From Bugula neritina (lineage: Eukaryota > Animalia > Bryozoa), in contig OZ037769.1 of assembly GCA_964035545.1 (NCBI GenBank), positions 17,638,633 through 17,702,632 on the forward strand: 64,000 nt of DNA, written 5' to 3'. Numbering within the stretch: position 1 is the stretch's first letter; every line of letters begins with the position of its first letter. The position numbers and the translations under genes were made by a program. Shown piece by piece: positions 21,501 to 33,500 of this stretch. The notes beneath the pieces are model-generated. The model worked only from the letters and a program-made list of their open reading frames with translations, was not told the origin of the DNA and searched no databases.

Positions 21501-24500
21501 ACAAGAAACCAAACAAATTTCTTTGACTAAAAAATATAATTAAATACTATATTACTTGGCAAAAAATATTTGTTTTGAACAACGTATTATTGGGAAGAAT
21601 TGCCAGTGTCTTAAATTTTGAGATTAAAGTTTCTGCCTTATAGCGGAAATAGAGAGGCAATCAATAGTGTACAAAACATGTTTTCAGTCATTGGCTGTTG
21701 ACTAAATTGACAAAGGTAAAGAAAGCTTCCATATCATTATTTATTTTGTTCTCAAGTGTGTGGTTACAGTTTCATGAGTCAGAAATATAATTATTTGAGA
21801 TATGAAATCAAATGTAGTCAAAAGAGTGTCATACAATTTAAAATGTAGTAATAGAGCTTTGACAATAATTTCTTCTGCTAAGTAAAACAGGTACCATTAT
21901 GTGCTACTTATCTTTTAGAGATGAACATCAAGGATGTTGAAAACAAAATAGTTGTAAATTACAGCAAATACCTTTCTACTTACCTAACCAGAGAAAATAA
22001 GTTTTCAACCTTGCATGCACTCAGCTGGTTTTCAATTGTTTGGATCAGTGACATCTTTATAACTGATAGCAGCATTATGTGATAGCTTTAGGAATTGTTA
22101 CCTTAAATCTAAATTATATAGAACAAGAAGTGCAAAAATATGGCATTAGTACTCATTGCACAATACACACTTGCTAGAGTAGCTAATCTAGCATCACATT
22201 AATTTAAGAAAGACAAAATTTTTTTTACTGTTCACAAATGATGAATATTAAAATTTGAATAATTAGACAAATTAACAATGATATTGATGTTAGTTCAAAC
22301 ATTACTAATGGTAAACACCAAAATACTAATAGGAATAGTCATGTTAACATTAATTAGAAAAGTAAAGATAATTTGAAAATGAGACAGTTTATAGGTCTAA
22401 CTCTTACAGTTGACAAGCAATTACAGGGCAGTCATATTGATGTAGGCTACCCTCAAAATGTAGCACTTTAAAAATATTAAAAAGACAGCACATATAAGAA
22501 CATAATCTTAAAAATAGGCATATGTGACGCCTATATTTTGATTAACAAAGAAATCTTCTTTACTTTATTAATCTAGCTCATATAATGGTATTCTGTCTTA
22601 GTATGTTATTTTAATACTTGAAATCTAATCAGCTACAGAAAAGTACTTCAATTCAAAGGCCTTCATAATTATTCTTTAGTTTGCTATTTAAATAGACAGT
22701 AAGGTTGATGAATAAAATAAAAGTTAGTAAAGTAAAAACTAAATAAATTGAGAATAATATCTCCACTCTAAGGTTATAATCCTTATAAATTAACATTTTA
22801 ATACTCCTGTTATCCTTAGGTATAGTTGTTAGCAATTTAACTATGAGCTCGAAGCCAAATGTCAGTATCAGCATCCCCATTACATTGACTAAGACTGACT
22901 TTATAACCCTCAAGCTGTGGCACTCAATTTCTATAAGTAGTAACTAATAACAAATATAAAATTATTTATTTGCTACTGATAGTGATAATAATTAAAAATA
23001 ATAATATGATCCATTAAAATAGAACTAATAAAGCCAACGACGTTAATGGTATGTCTAACTAAACATGGCATGTCTCGTCTGGCGGTGGGTATGTGGAGGA
23101 CCAGGCAACCTACGGCCGTCAACCCGTTACTGGCACAACTAGAAGAAGATACTCAAGAGAAGACAACAAAGTTGTCATGGAATGCTACTTCAAAAGTACA
23201 CCCAAATTGAGAGGTTATAGAAAAACAATGTATGAGCTCTGTAGACCCGGATCAAAGAATTATTTAAAAAGAATGTGCAAACGCTGGAAAACAGAGGAGA
23301 GTTTAACATCAGCGAATAGAGACTAGCGGATTAAGCAAGAACTATGAAGAAACACAAGCATTTTATGGAAGAAGAACTCCATAAGATTGAAGAAGGAACC
23401 TTGCAAGAACTAGGCACATCAATTGGTGAAGAAGATAATGAAGAGCTAAATTTGCAAATAGAGGATGTTATAGTACAACATGAGATAGCATATAAATCAG
23501 CCATGAGAATTTTAAGAGTACCTAGTTCAGAGGTAGAAAAAGTGTTAGTAGAAAAATTATAAATGAGCATAACAAACTATCTAATGATCGACCAACACTA
23601 AGAGCCCTTAGGCACATTGAGAGGGTCAAATTACTACAGGCAGTAAAACAGATTAATGATGTGCTAAACTGTGTTGAGATTATTAATACCATTGAGCTTA
23701 ATAACACCACCATGGCTTGTGCGAAAAATGGTAACAGAACAAGTGTGTAACAAAAAGGAAAAAGAAAAACTGACAATGTACAAGTATGGAAAATACGACT
23801 GCAGAAGAAATAAAAAGAAATTAGATCAGACTTAAGTAAAATAGCAGAGTGAAAAAGTAGAGCTTACAATGATTCATTGAGAAGAATGGTTGAAGAAAAA
23901 TATAGGATAAAGAACAAAGAGTGTGGTGTAGTGATTGAAAAACTGAAGCAAAACCTGAGAGCTGTAAGCCAGAAGATAAACAGATATACAGAATGAGTTG
24001 ATCAATATAATCAGAACACAATGTTTACAATGATAAGCGCTTTTATCAAGAATTACGAGGAAATGAATGTACATCTAAAGAGGCACCTGACAAGGAAATC
24101 AAAAGCATTCTGATAAAATATATGGGGTCAGCCAACTAAAAATAATACCAATGCAGAATGACTAAATAAAGTTAGCAACAAATTGGAGCATATGTAAAGA
24201 CAAGGAAATTAGATCTTAGAAACGATGCAAACAACTGGAATAGCAATTAATGTCATAAGGTTGATAAGAAAAAGCATGAAACCTGGAAAACACAACTGAA
24301 ATACCTGGAAGAAAAGATAGGAAAAATAAAGATCAAACTAAGAATTTTCCAAGGAGACTCTTTATCTCTATCCCTTTTCTCCAACTACCGATTCGCATGA
24401 CAGAAGCGGCTCAATGATGCAAATTTCGACGAGACAGAAAACAAACCATCTCCTATATGTGGATGACCTGAAGGTAAATAGGAAATCAAAGTCAGAACTG

Positions 24501-27500
24501 GAAGCTTTGGTAAACACTGCCGGGATCTTCACAAGGAATATAGAAATGAAATTTGGATTAAAAAATGTGCCACACTGGTTATGAGAAAGGGAAAGAAAAT
24601 CAAGGACACAGGAATCAGTTTGCCTGATGAACAGGTAATCAAAGATCTGGGTGAGAAGCCGTATAAATATCTAGGAGTTCTTGAGATTGATAGAATACAA
24701 ATATATGAAATGAAAAATAAGATCAAGGAGTACTACAAACAAATAAGAAAAGTTCTGGATTCAAAACTGAATGGTGAGAACACAATCAAAGCAATAAACA
24801 CATGGGCAGTAACAGCAGTGCATTACACAGCTAGAATACTTGACTGAACTGTTTCATGAGCTAAAAAATATGGACTGAAAGACAAGGAAGCTAATGACAA
24901 CAAACCGTGCACCCTATCCGAGAGCAGATGTAGGCAGGCTGTATTTTAGCAGAAGGGAAGGCGGTAGAAGAATGTTGTCAACTGAAAAATGCATAAAGAT
25001 TGAAAACTGCAGCATGTCAGACTACATAAATAAAACATAGACTGATAAAAACACCACACTGAATACCTTCCTAAAAGACAAAACGGCGGTAGAACTAAAT
25101 AATGATAAAGTGATAGAAAGAACTGATGAGTGTAAAGAAAAGCTTCATGTGGTCAATACATCATCAAAATGGTGGAAGACATGAAAGCATTTTCCTGGAA
25201 CTGGTTGAAGTATGGTTGGCTGAAAAAGGAAACAGAAGGACTGCTGACAGCTGCGCAAGATCAACTATTCACTACTAGAAATTATAAAGTGGCTATGGTG
25301 AGAGAACAGGGTAGCAAGAAGTGTGGAATGTGTAACGCAAGAGACAAAACTTCGATGCACGTATTGAGTGAGTTTGAGAAGGTAGCAGAAGGAGAATATA
25401 TGAAAAAACACAACCTTTTGGCATTGATAATTTCAATAGTAGTTGTGTGAACTTCGTGGGTTTCAGAAAAGTAAGAATTGGTACGGCCATCAAGCAGAAT
25501 CAGTACTGGAAAAGGATAATGTAAAAACCTTGTAAGATTTTAACATACACACTGACGTAGTCATCAAAGTTAGGAGACCCGATATATTAGTAGTTGACAA
25601 GCATAATGCTGAAACAACGATAATTGATATCACAGTCCCTGTTAACTACAGAGTAAAAGAAAAAGATTCGAAAAGTTAGGAAAATATCAGAATTTAGCAC
25701 TAGAATAAACCCGCCTTTGAAAAACATCAAAAAAGTCATCCCGTTGTAACTGGAGCCTTTGGAGTTTTATACAAGATTGTAGACTGGCTGACACTACTTG
25801 GAGTAGCTGAAAACAAATGCTCATTAATTCAGCAGACACCCTTACTAGGATCAGGATAAGCTCACATCCTGAGGAAAGTTCTATCCATTTCAGCCTAGTA
25901 TAACTAGGCCAATGGTAAAAGGTTACACCAGCTAAAAAACTACGGTCAATCAACAATAATAATAATATACAACTATATTAGTACAGTTGGTTCTATTATT
26001 AGATTAGCATATCGATTATGACTTTTCGATTGCCACCCTGATACTATGAGTAAAATGTACAAGCATACGTGAAAGTATAGATATGATCATAAGTATAAAA
26101 ATAGGTATAAGTATAAATATAAATATAGGTACAAGTATAAAACGAATGATTATATTATTAATAATATTAGTTAGTGATACCTATAACCGTAATGGTTTTT
26201 AGACTTACAGTTATCATTAACATTAGCTGAGTAATATGATTAGTTAAAATAATGGTATTCATTATTATATCATAGTTATAAGTTATAACTCTAGTCTCTA
26301 AAGAGCAACAGCAAGTGTAATTGGGATATTCATATTAAATTTCATATTCACATAATGCAATGTTTATGTTATGAACTAATTTATTCCTTCAACATTTAAC
26401 TACAAATATGATTAACACTAACTTTGACCAGCAGTATTACTAAAAGAAGCGTATTACACATATAAGATAATAAAATTCTAGTAGTGGGACTAATAGTATT
26501 ACTAGGTCCGGTATTATTCTTGTTATCTTATTCATCATTCATGAGTTATCAAATTTAAAATTACTACTTATTAGCATCAGCATATAAAAAGTAAGATCAT
26601 TAGGAATAATTATCATGAGGTATGATCTATGATTTGCATTATCCATATATAGTTTAATACCAATATGATATATTATTATTGCTGATAGTCTATGTTATAG
26701 TTAAATTTATACTTATCTTTACAGTTACCTATAGTAGCACTTATTAGTTATTTGTGGTAGCCAAACTAATGTTTAATATTAATAAATTAAACTGAGTATC
26801 ATAAAAGTGTTACTAAGAATTTTAATTATAATCGTAATGGTGATCATATTACTTTATTATAATTATTATATTTTATCACTAATGCTAAACTGAGTTAATG
26901 TATATACTTTGAGTTTTACTATTACTCATTATATTTACACTTATAGTAAAACTAAATATGTAAAAGTTATACTTATACTATTATTATTCGTATTTCATTA
27001 GACTTACATCTAAGATCGCAGTCCTATTACTACTACCACTGATACTAGTACTACAACTAGTACTAGTACTGCTACTAGTACTACTACTACTACTACTAAT
27101 AGTACTGTTACTACTACTACTACTAGTACTACTACTAGGTCTACTACTGTACTAGTACAACTACAAACTTTGAAAATAACTGCAAGAAAGGTATGACTTA
27201 CTCTTTTTCTTAGTCTTACTGTGACTCTCAGTCGTAATGTAAAATAAAATTGTGAACTGTAAAGTTAAACCCAAGGCTGAAATTTATTTAATTAAATTTA
27301 GACAATCTGAATCATTGGCTCAATCCTTGAGTTTGACTATTACTATTATTAATATTATTAGTGTTACGATTGTGATTATCATTGGCATTATGATTAATAT
27401 TATGCCATTATCATTATGATTGTAATTGTGGTAATTCTAACATTAATTATAATCATAAATTAAAAGGTAATGATTAATGATAATTATTTTCATTTTGTAT

Positions 27501-30500
27501 TCATAATGATAATCATAATGATGTAAATTTTGATGTAAAACCAAAATACTAAAACTAAAAGTAAAAGTTATAAAATTAAATGATGAAATATTATAATGAT
27601 AATTATAATTATTATATTTATTATATTATTATTGAATATATTATTTCATTAGAAAATAGGTTGCAGCTTAGCATGATTAAAATTCAGTAAAAATTAGTTT
27701 ACCAACAGCAAACATGCATGCGTCTTGTCAACATTCAATTCGTAGTGCCATAGCGAAGCCAGATTACTGGTAGTACGACTACTAGAACTACTACTACTAC
27801 TAGTGATGGATTACAGATTCTTGGCGATTTTAGCTGTGAGTGACCTTCACCTCACATTCTCGTCATGCGCGCGGCATTAGACTAAGTAGAGGGTATAAAG
27901 CACTGAGCTGGAAAAGAAATAATATATTTTAATTATAGGTAATACTAATAGTAATATAATTTATGGTAATATATAGGTAATATTATTGAGTTCATTGGTA
28001 TGGAGTATAGACCTATCACTGATAGTATCAGTATCAACTACCACTTACGTACTACTTCAACTTATAACTTACCTTCAACTCAAACTGCTTGGAATCATTT
28101 GTCTTTGATAATATTCATATTGGCATTGTCATTGTGATTGAAATAACTATTAATATTTTTAGTTCAACATCAATGCCGAACATATTGTAATAATAAGGTT
28201 GATATACTTTGCTAATACTAATACTAATAGTAATATTAATAGTTATAGTAATTCAGTATCACTCTCACTCTGGTGGAGTGAGACTCAGACTTAGAGTTAG
28301 AGACAGGGTGAGTCCGAGTAAGTCTGAGTGTTGGTAATAGTAATACTAATAGTCATATAAATTTAAATTATATTTACTTATTTCTAGCAATCACAAAGTG
28401 ACAATGGCAATAGTTATAGTAACTTTCACTTACTCTTAAATCATTGAACCTGAACTAAAAGTAAAATTAAGCATTATGATTATGATTATCATTATGATTA
28501 TACCTATGATTTTATTATGTTTAAATTAAAAATTAATATCATGATAATATCATAGTGATGAACATAATGATAAATGATAATATAAAAGTAAATCGATAAA
28601 ATATACATTGATTTTGAATCATGGTGATACTTATACTCGTACCGGTACTGATAGTGATAGTAATACTAATAGTAATAGTAATAGTCATATAAATTTAAAT
28701 AATATTTACTCATTACTGGCAATCACAACGGCAATAGTAACTTAAACTTAAACTGTAACAGTAATGGTATGGGTATGTTTGAAATTGTCACCATCAGTAT
28801 TGCTATGAGTCAAAATATAATGCTATCATACCAATAATTTAAAATAGTATTACAAAGCTTCATTTGTAACTTTTACTTGTACCAATTTGGAATTTTGAGT
28901 TATACATATTCTTAGTTAAAGTTTTCAAGTTTGTTGTCAAAATGAACTTGAAATTAAACACTCAGTGGTAAAAATTAAACTAAGACTGACTGTAAGTGAC
29001 TAAAATTAAAAATAAGTAATTTTAAATATCGATTGAGTATTTTTCTTACTCTTTGTCTTAAAATTGATTTTTTTTTTCTATTTCCATTACTATTGCTATT
29101 AGTATAGTTGACTTAAATTTAATAATAGATATAATTATATCTTTATAAATGTGATCTTTGATTTTATGAATAGTAATTCGAAAACTCTTTGTTATTATTT
29201 ATTTTTGATCATTGTAGTTATTATCATTATATTTGTATAATAATTATGATTATCAACTTCAATATCGATATTTGTATCATGATATGGATATCTGCCTCCA
29301 TCCCATGTTCCATCCCATGTTCTATTTTGCAGTGCCTTTTTACATTCCTGTCTAGGTTCACATTGCGGTGGTCATACTGATAGCACTTGGGGATAGTGAG
29401 GAGCATAATGATTATCACTAATATTAAGATTATCGTTATTAGGATTTAGAATAATTTAATAAACAAGCAACTTAAAGCAAATGTTTTTACTAATACAAAT
29501 ATTAATTAATAATATAAATATAATACTATGAATATTATAATTATTATACTTTACAATTCAAAGTAAGATAATCATAATACGAACTGGTAAAACTAAATAT
29601 AAAGTAAACGTAATAATACTAATAGTAGTTATTCATTCTTCTTTGGTTTCACATACTAATAATTGAAAACCTCTGTCCTAATATTATTTCTATTATTATT
29701 GCTCAAAGTTTGATCCCCACTTAATTTTATAGTTCATTCACCAGCTACATAATTTTATTAAAATACATGTGGTATTAGTTATAGTAATAGTGAAACTTGA
29801 AGTTGAATAGCACGCTTATTACTCACTGCTTTTTGCTTACATTATTAGGGTTACTCTTTAGTCTTAGAGATACCCTAACATAAACTTGAAAGCTGGAGGT
29901 AGTACTAGTCTGGTGCTGTGTTAATCCTACACTGTTGACTTATCAACACTGTGACTATAATTATGACTCCTAAGTCAAAGTCATTTTCATATAGTAGTAA
30001 TCACTATGACAGACTGAAAGTCAGGATGATTAAATATAATGATAAAGTGTGTAAGAATAAATCATAATTCTTCAATTATAAAGATAAATGGATAAAAATT
30101 GCAATCATAGTTTAATGTGCCTATTTTAAGCTGTCAATTTAATTACTATAATATAAGTGCCCAAAGTACAACTTTTGATTTTCATAATTATGTTTTAATT
30201 TAATACAGATACCATAGTATCATATAAGGTAGAATCAGTTGTATCTTATTTAATAATAAAGTAACTTTTTGCAGCTTTCACAGTTATTAATTATTCACTT
30301 GTTAGTCTTTGAACTAGGACAATGTTAGAAACTTGAAGTAGAATGAAGTTTGATTTCAGTTACCGCAATGGTATCTGCAGTCACGATAGGGATATGCATA
30401 TAACTATGTTTATATTTGTGAAAAATATATAGTCAAAACTAGATAAGGTAATAGTAATTATAGTTAGTTTCACTTTTAATATATTCCTATAAACTGGAAA

Positions 30501-33500
30501 ATAGACAGAAGCATTTAATCATGAAAGTAAACCTAATGGAAGTAAATCAATTCACTAAGTATAGTAAAATATTTACTATTCAGTGAGTTTATTTACTTTA
30601 GTTAATTGTACTTGATTATTTCTGTTGGTTTTTCAGTTGGTTTTTCTGCCTTTTGCTATAGCATATCAAACTACCACAAAGTCATGCTTCACTATTACAA
30701 TGTTAAACATAGTGTTACTGTGTAATGTTATCGTAATGTGATAGTAATATTTGGATCATTGTAAGTGTTTCTGTTGTTGTACTGATTGAAAAATATTTTT
30801 TAGCTTGCATGGATATTTAATACCATCAAGGTGTCATTTGAACTGGGACTGGAATAAAGATGGCAAATCGAGAAGCTAGCTACAATTCTTCTGCAGAAAG
30901 AAACTTGGTAAGCAAAAATAAGCTGCAGCATAAAGCAGTAAGCGAAATGGCGATGAATTTTGCTTGATTTTGATTGACCTTAAAATGTCTGGTCACCTTT
31001 TACCGCCGTGGTCCTGCGCGGTTGGCGGGTGACCTTAAAATGTCTGATGCACGTAAAATAAATTTCGTGACAGTCAAAAGTATGCTGATCTTTTTTGTAT
31101 TTCAATGCATCGGTGTCTTAGCTTAAGAGCTGAACCCAACAATTTTGATTTAAAGCTGTTTTTTACGAGAAAGTGATTTTACTGTCTTTCTGATTATTCT
31201 TGGTTTTTCAGCTTGATGAATTGAATAAATGGAATTGATTTCGGGTATTATGTAATGGATGAAAGAAATTTTTCTTAAATTTGTACTGAGCAATTTTTGC
31301 TATGGCTATGATGTTTAGTGATAAAATTGCACCCTTAATAACCCTGAAAACTTTCATTACTAGCATTTGTTTATGTTCATTTTTAGGAAATTAAAACGAA
31401 GACACAACTCACCGATGCTATCTCACTGTGCCTGCATGCAGCTTATCTAAAAAGGTACTCCTATTAGCTGGCTCTTGCCCAATACCTGGTTGTCTCTGTA
31501 ACTATTTTTTGCTCGCAGATGAGTTTTTTGAACTTGACATTTTATTGATTTTGAAAGTTATAGTGAGCTTTGAACTTGCTAGCATCGTTTTTAAAGACTT
31601 GCTGCAGTTTTTATCAACATTTTTTAAGTCAATGGTGTTAGTTTGGAAGCTCTCTCACTCCTCTCTCTGTCTCTTTCTCCCACTCCTTCCACTCAACCTC
31701 TCTCTCTTTCTCTCCCTCTCTCCCACCCTCCCTCTCTCCCACCTTCTCCCTCTCTCTCCCACTCTCTGTCTTTCCCACCTTCTCTCTCTCCTAACCTTAC
31801 TCTCCTCCCTTTTCCACTATCTCTCTGACTCTCTCCCTTTCTCTCTTCTACCCCATCTCTCTTCCATCCTCTCTCCTAACCTTTCTCTCCCACCCCCCCT
31901 CTCCCACTCTCTTTCTCTCTCTAGTTTGCATGGCTTTACCCAATTTTGGTTTATTTTGTTTCAGAGTATCCAAAAGGAAAGCTAAAATTTATTTAATATA
32001 TATTATACTAACTTGAGCTTTACATATAACATCAAATAAATGCTGTGTTTTGTTAAAACAATGTTTGCAACTTTGTAGTATATTCAAATTCATAATTTAT
32101 TTGTAGAGTCACACAACAAGACACTACTCTGACACACTCACAAGTTGCCACTGATCCAGCAGTATAGATGATTGTTTTCTCCACTGGCTATGCTGTCACG
32201 CTTTACTGATGTGGTGTTTGAAACAATCCAATTGTTTGCCTACGCAGACTAGGGTGAGAAAAAAAGTGAGAAATGAAAGCTGTTTTTAACACCAACTACA
32301 CTTAGTTTTTATTGAATGAAAAACAAAGTGAAATCATTAGTTATCAGTTAAATGACTAAATCACTGTTTATAAAGATGAAACACAAATAATCTTATAATA
32401 TGCTAATGAAATTTGGCTTTCAAATAGCTTTTTTCTGTATATTTGTTGAGGAAGTTTATCTTCAACAAAACTTCGTAGCTGTTGAATATGTGGAGAGTAT
32501 TTTATGTTGCATAAATTTATAGAGTAAAAGGTTCTTATCAAACTTTTACAACTTAGCTCATCTACGGTTTAAAAGTGTGAGTCACCCTTCACACTAGAGT
32601 TTTATAAAGTTTTAATGAATGTGCAGTATTTCATAAAATATTGTGTGTCTCGTAAATTTAGCTATTTATACCTTTTCAGTGAGATTGGAGTAAACACACC
32701 TCAAAATTCACATCTGGTATCACATTGATCTATCGCAAGTCAAAGTACACCTACTAACTCGTCCTTCCTTAATACCTGCTTGCTTTTGCACTTCTACTCA
32801 TTTCATATACGTAACATTTCTCTTGCAGATGAATTACATCTTTTAAGTTGTAAAAGCCTTAAATAGCATGAAATTAATGAGGTTTAAACCGTGGCCACAC
32901 TAACTATTGATGCGTTTATTGATGGGTTAAATTACACGAAAATATTGTCTCTTTCTTTTTAGTTTCACCTAAAGTATTACATACTATTGATGGAGGCTTT
33001 GCTGAAGTTATTGGGTGATGATTTGTCAATACTTTTCCAGAGAAGATGATGTCACGGTGGCTGGCGTCATTATGCAGTTTCCAAATTTCTTTCGGGCTTG
33101 CTCTAGTGAAAATGTTGGAAAACAATCAACAAAAAGGTTTGTACCATAAACGAAGTTATTGTGTGCATGTTGCCAAAGCATAAAGTGTGCCGGACATTTT
33201 TAAGTTTCTGTTGAGTTGCGTTGATGCTTTTCCTGCATGAAAAAAGTTCCAGTTTCAGTTAATATCACTTGCCGAGTACCCACCTATGTTTTAAATCATA
33301 TTGATGCATAAGTTCTTTTTGTAATATTTAAAGTATAACTTGCCAAATTGCTATTCAATGCCCATTGAAGTTTCCAACTGTAATTAATTAGTTGATTTGG
33401 CAGCATAGTATCGATGATTGATGAAGGCAGCCGATATAATTATAAGCATAAATATCTATATCTACATGAAGATGTCATTCCCAATGATTGTTATTCTGAA

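Noticed and set aside
31428-31985. 185-aa Leu/Ser-rich ORF
   Set aside because: Driven by a CT-rich low-complexity tract.
33030-33090. Protein kinase HRD motif
   Set aside because: No KxxN, DFG or APE in context.
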